This document shows, piece after piece, positions 40,868-52,982 of a stretch of 64,000 nt of DNA. The DNA comes from Octopus vulgaris (taxonomy: Eukaryota), in contig OX597828.1 in assembly GCA_951406725.2 (NCBI GenBank), positions 58,838,001-58,902,000 of the forward strand. Reading direction: 5' to 3'. Under the pieces are notes generated by a model that ran no database searches, was not told where the DNA came from, and saw nothing but the letters and a program-made list of their open reading frames with translations. Both the position numbers and the translations under genes were made by a program. Position 1 is the stretch's first letter; every line of letters begins with the position of its first letter.

Positions 40868-42495
40868 GTAAGTACTAAAATTCTATAATTATTAACTTCT
40901 TGGACGTTCAGTAGATCATCATGTTTGTGTACCAATGAAGATTTTGGCTTGTTGAAGTCTATGGAACAAGTCGACATGATGTCACTTACCTTCATGGAAC
41001 GTTATACTTGTAGTTGAAGTAATTACAGAGAACCGTAGTTTGCATGAAAAATAATGGTCAAGTTAGTTTCATTACACGTAATGAGTGTGGAAAAATTTAA
41101 TTAATCAATATTATTTTTGTAGTTAGTAGGAAAAGAAAACATTATTTCATTAACTAATATTATTTTAATTTGACAGAAGATAACTCAATAAAATAATTGT
41201 CAATGGCTACTCGTGTAAATTATCGTATATCAATGTAATGATTTTCTTATCAGTGATTTGAGAAATATGGAGAAGGCAATAAATTGCTGAGGAGGTTTAA
41301 TAAGATTGAAACATGCCTCCCATGTTTGCCAAGTTGAATTAGAACAATATTGTTCATTGCACTAAAGTAAAATTTAACTTTTAAGTCAACTCAGCAAAAA
41401 ATTACTTAGTACCTACGTACTACTAAATAGACTGTGGATATCAACTACTTTGAAAATAAAACAAAATGTTTTATTTTAGATGATGAGTATAGTCGCTACT
41501 TGAGATAATATTGTTGCTAAGTGGTATAGTTTTGGCAGTTAGTTGATGCCAATGCCTGAGTATCTTCACCTGATAAATTCCTTTCCTAGACGCAGTCAGG
41601 GTCAATGGATTTTTATCTAAGACTAACAGCCGTTCATACATTCAAAATTCCTTTCTTTATACTGTCGATGTTTTAAACGGAAAGACAAAACCGATACCAC
41701 TTTGTACCGCTATTGTTGCAGACATTGTTGCCGATAGAATGTAGAAGACCAGAAAAAATACCGTAAAGAATCCCATGAAGCACTTCACCAATTCTGTCAA
41801 GACTCTGCCTTAAATTGATGCATTTTTATCTAACCCAAGAGCCAAAGTTGATCTTGGTCTAATTGTAAGTCAGATTGCAGAGAGGCAAAACAAATAGCGT
41901 AAAGCTCTATGACAGAAAATTCACTGCCTTAGCTGATATCAAGTGCGGAAATATAATGATTTATATTTATATGATCTCTTGTCCAGCCTCTACATAAGAG
42001 AAACCTTTAATCTAAGGAAATGGAAAGTGAAGCATTCATACGTTTCCCAGCACAGCGCAGGTTGATTCCCCCGACACACTGCCCTGAATGACATAATTAG
42101 AAGGGGTGTGATGCGGCTGGCTTCCTGCCTTAACTTGAGCCTGCAGGAACGGTAACTTGAGTCTTAACTGCGGGAACGATAAGCACCCCTACGGGATAAC
42201 CCTCTTCCCATTCGAGGGGTGCATATCCCTAGTCTGAGACACAACGTGCAGTCATACGTTCTCCGGCCCCAACCTCACCTCAAATATTAGAGATGTAAAG
42301 CGAACTCATTACAAAGACTAGATTGCAAAATTCAAAAGTGATAATGATTTCGATCCTTTTTTTAATCCATGGCATTTGTTTATGATACTAAGGATGATTT
42401 TCATCTTTTCTTCATACTGCAACAGTGGATTTTCAGCTCAACACTACAAGCTAAAACATAATTCTCAATAGTAACTATTCACAGTTAAGTATCCT

Positions 42496-42897
42496 CTGTG
42501 TGAAAAGTCTGGCTGCATACACGTTAGCATATGTCAGTGGCATACAATTGACAACACAGTTAATTAAGATTTATTCAGTGAGTTCTACTCAACACATGTT
42601 TACACGTGGAATTAGCAAAATCATTATTAACTTTAGATGAAGGCATTTTCAAAGTTTTGGCCGATAAAGTTGAACTGAAAAACCCTACAACGAGGCATGA
42701 ATTGCACGAAGCCGTCTTGCAGTCTTGGGAAGAGCTTTCTGAGCGGAAAATTCGTGGATGTATTCAACATCAAACTCGTGTTCGGCGTTAAATAGTTGAC
42801 TGTCGTGGTGGTAACAGATTCGTGTAATAAATTTTGTGTTTATTCTTATTTCATAATATATATATTTTTTTCGGATGCAGCCAGACTTTTCACACAG
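42496..42897 (+). mobile_element. Tc1/IS630-like deletion derivative
   Basis: TIR ctgtgtgaaaagtctggctgcat / atgcagccagacttttcacacag; NPTTRHELHEAVLQSWEEL..RGG transposase C-terminus. Confidence 0.8.
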
Positions 42898-43091
42898 TAA
42901 ACGCGATAGTGTTAAATGCCTTTGTTTTGACCAAAACTCAGCAACAGTGATTGAATATAGTATAAAGAGTTGACTCTTCAGTCGACATTCCAGCCTTTCT
43001 TCAAGCAGTTATTTGGTGACTGTTATACTAGTATATTAAGTACTTGTCACTGTTTCAATTCATATAACTTTTTGTTACTCTTTGCTATCAG

Positions 43092-43261
43092 ATGCAAAAA
43101 TCAAACATTTGATGAAAGTCTCATGCCACAAGCGGCCACCATTATCACAGTGTACAACGAGTGGCCTAGTATTCTCCTAAGAACCATTTACAGCATTATA
43201 AATAGAACACCGCGTAATTTACTGAAGGAAATCATTATAGTTGACGACAATAGTGATTTGG
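43092..43261 (+). CDS. GALNT: GALNT exon 2
   Basis: CKNQTFDESLMPQAATIITVYNEWPSILLRTIYSIINRTPRNLLKEIIIVDDNSD; AG/GT, phases 2/1. Confidence 0.92.
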
Positions 43262-43964
43262 GTAAGTACACTACATCGTTTTTACTTTCTTTCTCTTATA
43301 TTTTTCTTGTTTTTCTTACGAATTTTTCATAGAGTCTTCTTGATAAATTTTCTCTGGATTTCAGTCTTTCCACTTCTCCAAGCTATTGATGTATGACTGG
43401 AAGTTGAAGAAATCAGGCATAAGTGTTAGTGAAACAGCTCAACTAGTATCGAACTCATATAAGTAGTGACTCGCAGTAGATTTATTACGACTTTATGGTT
43501 TCTATTCAGGAAAGTAGTGTGAGAGTGCGCGTGTGCGCGTCTGTATGTGTATGTGGAGAGAAAGAGAAAGGAAAAGAGATGAGAGAGAGAGAGAGAGATA
43601 TGAGAGAGATGAAAGAGAGAGAAAGAGAGGGAGGAGACAGGGGTAAATTTGTGCCAAGCTATTTTCTATTTTTGATTATTTGATTAGATCAAATTATTGC
43701 TGTCTCTGGAATTTTGAACTATTTTCCATTTCAGAAAAATTCCATCGTGGAACACGATTTTTGTCCTCGGTAACAACAGTCGTTTTCTATTTGCATACTC
43801 CTAGAAAGTGTAAAAAGCACATAGCTATGATGCTCTCAACACATAGCGATGATGCTCCCCTACTACTCATGCACATAATCAGAGATGCACATATTGTCAG
43901 TCACTAAGGGACATGCTCAAGTGGTTAAGGTCAAACAAAGCAAATCTGTGGTATTCTTTCTTTT

Positions 43965-44151
43965 TTACTCTTACTTGTTTCAGTCATTTGACTGCGGCTA
44001 TGCTGGAGCACCGCCTTTAGTTGAGCAAATCGACCCCACGACTTATTCTTTGTAAGCCTAGTAATTATTCTATCTGTTTCTTTTTGCCGAACCGCTTAGT
44101 TACGGGGACGTAAACACACCAGCATCTGTGGTCAAGCAATGTTGGGGGGAC

Positions 44152-44191
<40 letters not shown>

Positions 44192-44357
44192 TACATATAC
44201 GACGGGCTTCTTTCAGTTTCCGTCTACCAAATCCACTCACAAGGCTTTGGTCGGCCCGAGGCTATAGCAGAAGACACTAGCCCAAGGTGCCACGCAGTGG
44301 GACTGAACACAGAACCATGTGGTTGGTAAGCAGACCACTAACCACACAGCCACTCAT
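43965..44357 (-). mobile_element. SINE family B, full length
   Basis: Co-linear with 35470-35865. Confidence 0.9.
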
Positions 44358-44379
44358 AAGTTTATATATATATAATTAA

Positions 44380-44523
44380 ATTATTTTCTCTTCTTGTTTC
44401 TTTCTGTGGAAGAGTGTAGGCTCGAAACGTTAAAGACTTTTTCACTTCCCGAGCGTTATACTAATACATCTGTTTGTTGTCTACACCACCTGTCTTCGTC
44501 TGGTGTTTTCGTTTGCGAATTCT

Positions 44524-44527
<4 letters not shown>
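44380..44527 (+). mobile_element. (TA)n-embedded mini-element, hammerhead-like motif at 44399-44436
   Basis: TCTTT-CTGTGGAA-GAGT gtag GCTC-GAAAC-GTT-AAAGA. Confidence 0.7.
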
Positions 44528-44595
<68 letters not shown>

Positions 44596-45746
44596 TATAT
44601 GTATTGTATGTGTATGTATGTACGTATGTTTGTATTTATATATGTAAGTATGTACCTATCTATATACATTATGTAGTTATATTTGTCCCATGCAGTGCTG
44701 TTGTACAAAAGGGTCAATTGCTTGAAGCGATCACAAGTAAGCAATTAGATTGGTATCATTTTAATTTTCATGACTAATTATATATTTAATTGGGTGGCTT
44801 TTACTAGGCCTGATTGTCACCAATAAATAAGTTTTACTGTTAGTCCACAACACATCCTTGTATCTACTCTTGCTTGTTGGCTTATAGGTCAACACGAAAC
44901 ACAAGGTTGTAAAGGTAACGCCGTGTTCTCACATTGTTGTATGGAACGCAGAAAAAAAATATGGCGTCCTCACGTTTAGGTGTGCATATTTTAACAGTAA
45001 TTAGCATTATGAATATGGAGCACATCAAATCTTTGCTTGGAATATATCTCAACATTTTACTTGTTACCCCCGCCCCCTTAACTTCATTTTATCAACCATT
45101 GCAATATAATAATGGCGTACATTTTCCTTTCCTGTAAAAATTAACAAAAACATTCCCCTCACTCATATATTTTAAGGGATTCAACATTTCTCTTAAGAAA
45201 ACGAAGTAACTAGTCTTCCTCTCCATTTTTCTCCTTCATCCAAGATTTGAGTATATACGGGCAATATCGACACATATATTCAAATGCTTCTGTATGTGTT
45301 GGTTGGACACAAATTTCCACTAAACCTTCTCACCAACTTGCAACTAACGCCTCACATCATACTTGAGCTCGCCTGATGCACTAATAACTTCAGTATAACA
45401 TGTGAAGAGTACACAACTCATAACGAAACGGATAATCTATTTCCTGCCCAATTTTGACTACAGTTTGCTAAACAATAAAAACAATAAAAACACAAAATCA
45501 TTTGTTCTTGAATATGGTATTACTGAATATTTCTAAGAAGCACACATTTTACTAAAAGGTGTATAAAATATAGAAAGCTTTTCGTATATTAAAAAAAAAA
45601 TTCTGTACCAACTCGATATCAATTTGAAAAGTAGTATAAACGGTTCTCTTAAAGAGGCAGCTAAGTCCTCACCAGGTTCTTTATTTCTGTAAAACAAAAA
45701 GAGGTTTTTAAACTTAACCCTTATTCAACCTAACTATACTTTCCCC

Positions 45747-46173
45747 GGATCTTTTCGGTTTGAACGGCAGTTTTTTCTAGCGGTGTCATATGAAATTGTC
45801 ACCCATAATTAAGACCCTAGTATCCATCTATTGCATTTCAATCTGTTTTAGGGTTAGGGTTAGTTAGGGTTAGAGGTGGGGGGAAGGGTATAATTTTTTC
45901 TTCACAAATGTAAATAAACCCAATCTGTTTCTTAAACGATGGACATACTCATACGGCACAGAATGTTGTTTACCTCAATGGACGTCATTGATTGGTTGAA
46001 ATTGCAGAAATTGAAGAAAAAAACAACAAATATCTTAGAAACTATAGAATTTTCTCAATAAAGCCAAGAGAAAAAGATGTTTTATAAATACATTCTACCT
46101 GTATACGAAGTTTAAATTTTTTTAGTTACCTAGAAATTATGTTAAAAAATGCCGTTCAAACCGAAAAGATCCC
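45747..46173. mobile_element. MITE with ~30-bp TIRs and internal TTAGGG repeats
   Basis: ggatcttttcggtttgaacggca / tgccgttcaaaccgaaaagatcc; ttcccc on both flanks; ttagggttagggttagttagggttag near 45848. Confidence 0.8.
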
Positions 46174-46179
46174 TTCCCC

Positions 46180-46228
<49 letters not shown>

Positions 46229-46459
46229 GACGGTAGATTTGCAGAATCAGAGTATAGGACAAAATATCTTGCTGCATTTGGTGCATCCATTGGTGCTTTG
46301 AATTCAAATCCCAGGTCGCTCGACTTTGCCTTTCAATACTGGTTAAATATTGAGGGCTGTTAGAATAGGTACATTCCAATAACAAGTAAATAGAAAAGGG
46401 TGAATTTTTTTGCGTTGAATCTGCTTTCTTTGAAATATTTGTGCATTTATAATTTGCAG

Positions 46460-46637
46460 AATTTTACAAGGAATACTTGGATATTTACATCAAAGACCAT
46501 TTTGATACAGATCTTGTGAAGTTAATTCGATTAAAAGAGCGCGGTGGCTTGATAAAAGCTCGCATGGAAGCGATCAAATATGTTACGGCTGAAGTAGTAT
46601 GTATTTTAGAAAGTCACATGGAAGTAAATATAAACTG
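46460..46637 (+). CDS. GALNT: GALNT exon 3
   Basis: EFYKEYLDIYIKDHFDTDLVKLIRLKERGGLIKARMEAIKYVTAEVVCILESHMEVNIN; phases 1/2; missed by the ORF track. Confidence 0.92.
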
Positions 46638-47315
46638 GTGAGTATCGCTTGATTAACTTGAAATGGTCTTAGTATGTGTGTTAAGTGCTTTGATGTTGGA
46701 CACAGAACAGCTCTGATGACTACATATGAACCATCGAATCCTTAGCTGATTGTCCGTTTAACAACTTCTCTCAAGAAAAATACAGTCTTCAAAAATTCAA
46801 AAAAGAAAAAGCGAAGAATTCTATTATTTGCAACATGAACAAATGAAGCTTATGTTATTCTTGCATAATGTTATTGTATTGATTGAGTCAATTTAAGTTA
46901 CTATAAAAGGCTCCATATTACAGACCGAAAAGGATGGTGTGTTTGTCTGTTTCGTTTCTTTGTAACTGTGCGTATTCGTGTTTAACATAAATTTAACTGA
47001 CACTGCACTTATAATAATTGGACCGTTTGGGGCCGTCAAGTCACTGTTTGACTCTTTAACAGATAACTCATCGTACACTCTTCTCTCCTGCCTACTCCTA
47101 TACCAATCTTCCTTCTCGGCTCTCTTCCACACATCCCTTATTCAATGCGATTACCTCTTCATCCACATCTCCCTATCATTTAATAATTCATACTGTTTTA
47201 CAACCTTTACAACCCCCGTCGAAGGACCTTAATCCGAAACATACGACTTTCAACTCCTCGTGGAAACTAAATTCTTGACACCTGAACTACAAACTATTTT
47301 GGATATATTTTGCAG

Positions 47316-47519
47316 GTTGCAACCTTTACTTGTCGAGATAATGAAAAACCGTTCGACATTAGCTATGGGTCAACTAGATTATATCAACAGAAACACGTTT
47401 AAATATGAATTTAATCGGGACTTCAAACCTCGTTATGGCTTCAACTGGGATTTCAAATTCTTTGAGATGTATTTTCGACCAGATCAAATGTTAAATAAGA
47501 AGGTAACAGACACTTTACC
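47316..47519 (+). CDS. GALNT: GALNT exon 4
   Basis: WLQPLLVEIMKNRSTLAMGQLDYINRNTFKY...YGFNWDFKF; phases 2/2. Confidence 0.92.
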
Positions 47520-47999
47520 GTGAGTAAATTTTACTTCAAAGTATCAAGCATTGACCTAAAATATCGAGCTAGGATTTGGTAGATTGCTTTTTAATGTATA
47601 GCTTATAATAGTATGGGTTGCTGTTGTACAGTGTTGTTTAAGGTGGCGAACTGGCAGAATGGTTTGCACACCTGATAAAATGTTTAGCGTCCATCTTCAC
47701 GTTCTTAGTTCAAATTCCGCCGAGAAGTATTTGCTTTTCATTCTTTCGGCATCGACGAAACCAGCACCATTTGAGCATTGGGGTCGATGTGATCGACAGC
47801 TCCCTACCCCACCCCCAAATTTCAGGTCTTATGCCTATAAGAGAAAGGATTATACAGAGTTGTTGTCAAAGTCCAGATCAGCCAGTCATGGGGTAGCAAA
47901 CTTATAACCAAAGACCTTTCAACCATGGTCATTTCAAGTTAAGACATAGCATAATGTCGTTCAAGATGCAGCAAATAACTTTCTTTTAAAATCTGACTA

Positions 48000-48887
48000 G
48001 ATATGATTTGAAAGAGATATAGCTGAATGAGTAGGGTAATGTAGATTAAGATGCACCGCGTAAGCTGTCTTCTTAAAATGGTTGGATATGATTTGAAAGA
48101 GATATAGCTGATATATATAGCTGAATGAGTAGGGTAATGTAGATTGAGATGCACCGCGTAAGCTGTCTTCTTAAAATGGTTGGATATGATTTGAAAGAGA
48201 TATAGCTGATATATATAGCTGAATGAGTAGGGTAATGTAGATTGAGATGCACCGCGTAAGCTGTCTTCTTAAAATGGTTGGATATGATTTGAAAGAGATA
48301 TAGCTGATATATATAGCTGAATGAGTAGGGTAATGTAGATTGAGATGCACCGCGTAAGCTGTCTTCTTAAAATGGTTGGATATGATTTGAAAGAGATATA
48401 GCTGATATATATAGCTGAATGAGTAGGGTAATGTAGATTAAGATGCACCGCGTAAGCTGTCTTCTTAAAATGGTTGGATATGATTTGAAAGAGATATAGC
48501 TGATATATATAGCTGAATGAGTAGGGTAATGTAGATTAAGATGCACCGCGTAAGCTGTCTTCTTAAAATGGTTGGATATGATTTGAAAGAGATATAGCTG
48601 ATATATATAGCTGAATGAGTAGGGTAATGTAGATTAAGATGCACCGCGTAAGCTGTCTTCTTAAAATGGTTGGATATGATTTGAAAGAGATATAGCTGAT
48701 ATATATAGCTGAATGAGTAGGGTAATGTAGATTAAGATGCACCGCGTAAGCTGTCTTCTTAAAATGGTTGGATATGATTTGAAAGAGATATAGCTGATAT
48801 ATATAGCTGAATGAGTAGGGTAATGTAGATTAAGATGCACCGCGTAAGCTGTCTTCTTAAAATGGTTGGATATGATTTGAAAGAGAT
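48000..48887. repeat. 98-bp minisatellite, ~9 copies
   Basis: atgcaccgcg recurs at 48051, 48149, 48247, 48345, 48443, 48541, 48639, 48737, 48835. Confidence 0.95.
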
Positions 48888-49792
48888 TTGCTTGCTATTT
48901 CTTGCAAGATGAATGAGTACATGGGAACTCTTTCGTTGATTCTATGTTATTGCTGCGTGGTGCTGATCAGCTCTACATGAGCAGATCTTTGACACAGAAA
49001 CCGCTGATGTGAGCTTAGAGTTCTATATTCGGTTCATGCTGACTCTGTGAAGTATAATGACAATGCTGTGGATTTACCGTTCATTAGCACCGAATTGATT
49101 AGACCTATAATTAAAGCTGTTTCAGATGTCAGCTCTTCTTTATTTTCAGGAATAGTGTATCTAGAGCTACATTTTTCAAAAGTTTTGCCCGTTTAATGTG
49201 TGTTACAATGTGATATGAGAAATACTTTTGCTGCTATTTCTAGCAATTTGAGTGATTGTGAAGAGCATTCCTTATTGGTTCATATTGGTAATAAAGGTGG
49301 TGACGGTGATGGTGGCGAGCAGACTAGAAATGCTGGCGGCGGTATTGGTGGTGTGATGATGGTTGTGGGGATGGAGAAAGTGACATAACGGTGGTTTCAG
49401 TGGTGGTGAATGGAAGGTGTTTGGGTAAACTATACAAGTATTCGCCGTGTTTGTCACGAACACAACTTTCGTTGTCCATAAATAAACAATGTCGGAAAAG
49501 TTGTGTTGATATATCGACCACCACAGCGTCTTGAATACTCAGCCTTGATACGTAAAAGTAAATGTTGGTCTGCCTCTGTGTTTCCGAATGTGCTATGTAT
49601 GTATGTGTATGTGTATGTATGTATGTTTGTATGTATGCATGCATGTATGCATGCATGCATGCATGTATGTATGTATGTATGCATGTATGTATGTATGTAT
49701 GTACGTATGTATGTATGTATGTTCGTATGTTTGCCTGTCAGCTTGCCTCCTGCCTGCTTGTCTGTCTGTCTGTCTGTCTGTATGCATGTATA

Positions 49793-50694
49793 TACGAGGA
49801 GGTACCAAAAAACCCTGGAATTTTGCAATATTATTTTATTCACATAGTTTTACATGTTTAAACTTTTATTGCCTTCAAAGTATTCTCCATTTGAAGCAAG
49901 GCATCGGTCAAGACGCGTTTTCCACTGTTCGAAGCAGTGAGGGAACTCTTGCAAAGGGATGCCTTTTAGCTCCTTCACCGATTTTTTTTTTCATCACCTC
50001 TTCTACATCTGCAAATTCCGTAGCACAAACTTTCGCCACCCGCGATGACATTCGAAAAAAGGTCTAGATCAATTTCCGCCGTTCTTCCAGTTCCCAATAT
50101 GCATTCAGTCTTGACTGCTTTTGATCTTCCGTGAGCAAGCGAGACACAAATTTTGCAGCAACTCTTTTCATTCGCAATTCCTTGCTCAAAATTCGTTGGC
50201 AGGAGCTCCAGGACACACCAGTCATATTAACAAGTTCGTCAGCTGTTCGGCGACGGTCCTCTAAGATCAGTTCATGAATTTTCGTGATGCTTTCATTTGT
50301 CCGGGAGGTGGACGGTCACCCTGAACGAGGTTGGTCTTCAAGCGACAACTGACCATTTCTAAAGCGTGAAAACCACTCGTATACTTGTGTTTTGCTCATG
50401 GCAGCTTCCTTGTAAGCTGTTTGAAGCATGACGGCCGCCGTTGGCCGCCGTTTTCCCCAGGAAAAAACCCCAGAATTCCATGGAAGCACTCTGTTCCTTC
50501 GTTTCAACCGTCGCAAAAATCGACGAACAGGGGAGAAGCTGTGCAAGACAAAGAAATATCACATGGTAGTACGACTCAACACGACGACGCCTGTCGGCAG
50601 ACTGATATCCGAGAGTCGCATCAAGTGGCTTCTAGTGATGGAAGCCTGAACTACAACAGAGAACGTTTCCTGTTACTTTTGGGTACCTCCTTGT
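49793..50694 (-). mobile_element. Degraded mariner
   Basis: TIR tacgaggaggtaccaaaa / ttttgggtacctccttgt; AAMSKTQVYEWFSRFRNGQLSLEDQPRSG HTH. Confidence 0.85.
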
Positions 50695-51099
50695 TTGTAG
50701 GTATACATTTTTGCTTATCAGTATTTACGTGTTTGCCTGTCTATCTATCTGCCTGCCTGCATGCCTGTCTGTCCGTCTACCTGTCTGTCCGTCTACCTGT
50801 CTGTCTGTCTGTCTGTCTGTATGTATGTATGTGTGTCCTTGACTACAGGCCTTAGATAACTGCAGGTTTGCATAAGAGAACATTTTTTACAAGTTCTCGC
50901 GGTCTTTTTGACCTCTGATATTTCTAACTAAAAAATATTGCTTATCACCTCCTTCCCATTCATATACTGCAATAGACAGTATATGAATGGTTCGTTCAGA
51001 GTAATCATATAAATTAGTATAGCGTTGGGGTGGAGAGTATGTTTTTCAAGAATTTCTTTTTAAAAAGCAAGATGAGAATGTTTTAAAGTTTTATAGCGG

Positions 51100-51400
51100 T
51101 GCACCTATTGTGCGCTTGACTTGACAGCATTCACCCGGGGTGGGTTGAGCTGGCTTCATTCATCCTCAATGCTGCATCTCTCACAAACGCCGACCAGGCC
51201 TGGCAATTTGAGGCTAACGACCGCGTGATCTTCAACCACTCCTTATTCCAGAGGCGAGTTTTAAATCAGCGAACTGGGATGCTAATGCGACACGGATGAA
51301 CGCATTTTGGGGGCTTTTGGAACGTCAGATCCCTGATGCATGAAGAAACACAGGCACTAACGATGCACACTCTCTTATTGAGCGCTTGCATGAAGCTCAC
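51100..51400 (+). mobile_element. LINE 5' fragment (start of APE endonuclease)
   Basis: FWNVRSLMHEETQAL resembles an RTE endonuclease N-terminus. Confidence 0.4.
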
Positions 51401-51617
51401 TTCGAATCATCTTCTGATGAGGTTTATCCTAAAATATATGGATCTCAAGTAATAGTATTTCTTTTAGGTATTAGTAAACCTTGGAATGGTTAAATAGTTC
51501 TGCTAATATATAATAAAGAACTTTATCCTGAGAACCGAATGTCTTCTATAACACTGTGTAGCAAATTATTATTTTTCATCTTTGGTCAGTAACTGTTATT
51601 TCCTATTTAATATAGTG

Positions 51618-51925
51618 TGGAGGCACATGGCCTAGTGGTTAGAGCAGCGGACTCGCGGTCGAGGGATCGAGGGTTCGAATCTCAGACCGGGCGATGTGTG
51701 TATTTATGAGCGAAACACCTAAGCTCCACGCGGCTCCGGCAGAAGGTAATGGCGAAACTTCTGCTGACTCTTTTGCCACAACTTTCTCTCACTCTTTCCT
51801 ACTGCATCTTGCAGCTCACCTGCGATGGACCGGCATCCCGCCCAGGTGGGGAACCTATACACCAAGGAAACGGGAAACCGGCCCTTATGAGCCAGGGATG
51901 GCTCGAGAAGGAACAAACAACAAAA
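51618..51925 (+). mobile_element. tRNA-derived SINE just upstream of GALNT exon 5
   Basis: tggcctagtgg...ggttcgaatctc; flanked by repeated tttcctatttaatat. Confidence 0.85.
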
Positions 51926-51983
51926 CATTTCCTATTTAATATTGAACGTAATACAGTATACCCAATAGTTGTTTTAATTGCAG

Positions 51984-52101
51984 TGGTCCTGTAATAGTCG
52001 GAGCAGGGTTCGCAGTGGATGTGAAGTTCTTCAGAAAGATTGGACTCTATGACCCAAAGATGGCAATTTGGGGAGGAGAAAATTTGGAACTTTCATGGCG
52101 A
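51984..52101 (+). CDS. GALNT: GALNT exon 5
   Basis: GPVIVGAGFAVDVKFFRKIGLYDPKMAIWGGENLELSWR; phases 2/0; missed by the ORF track. Confidence 0.92.
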
Positions 52102-52796
52102 GTATGTATTCTTTAACAATTTACTTTCTTTTATTTGATACTCACCCTTCACTATCTTATATTTAATAAGTTATCCATGAAGCCTTGAGTAATAATGTCT
52201 CCAGAAAACTCTTAGACCTTATTTTTTTCCAGTCCTTCTCCTTAAAATTATTTCTGCCTTGAATAGTTTCTTACCCCTGTCTATACCGAACTCCAAGGGT
52301 GTTACAGTTCTAACTTCGCACAAATAAAATTTCATCAAGCAATTTTCCTACAAGAAGAATTTGTTAATTCTAAACCCTTTCTTTTCTCTTCCAAATAGAA
52401 AACGTTATGCTACAGTTGAAAGCACGGACTTTTTGGCTCTCGACATTACCTGGAGCTGTTTCATTGGAAAGAGAATCTTTTCTGTAAATTCAATTCTTCC
52501 TTCAGGATTGAATTTATTAACGCGTATTATTTCAGTACATAAAAATAATGATGAAATTTAAAAATTACCGAATCAACTCAGAAAATTAGGGATTTTGTAT
52601 AGCAGAAAAGAGGAAATGGTCAAAGCTATGACTTTGTTCCGCTTAATCAGCGGTTCAGTAACGTCTTTATCTGCTGTGCTTTCTTCTCATTGACTTTTCT
52701 TGTTGAGGTTGGGTGGAACACAGGATTGTTTTTTGTCTCCTTTTCTGAATGTTTAAATGGATTCCACTAACTTTTCTTATTAAATTCTATTTTCAG

Positions 52797-52982
52797 GTGT
52801 GGTGTTGTGGCGGTCAGGTCCTTCATGTATTTTGCTCGCACTTTGGTCATATTGCACGTTATCAACCTTACAGTTTCCCTCGTGACAGGTTACACACAGA
52901 GGTTTATAACTACAAACGGGCCGCAGACGTGTGGTTAGGGCCTTATAAGAAATACGTTTACAATTACTTTCCTTTAATGAGG
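52797..52982 (+). CDS. GALNT: GALNT exon 6
   Basis: VWCCGGQVLHVFCSHFGHIARYQPYSFP...NYKRAADVWLGPYK; phases 0/0. Confidence 0.92.

Noticed and set aside
42050-42270. GC-richer island, possible HDV-like ribozyme or LINE 5' UTR
   Set aside because: Only GGGGTG/CACCCC pairing seen; the nested double pseudoknot could not be built
48000-48887. CRISPR-like regular array
   Set aside because: Units are identical end to end with no unique spacers, there are no cas genes, and the context is eukaryotic
51618-51695. tRNA gene-like sequence (also 6786, 39408)
   Set aside because: A/B boxes are present but continue into SINE bodies; these are SINE heads, not tRNA genes
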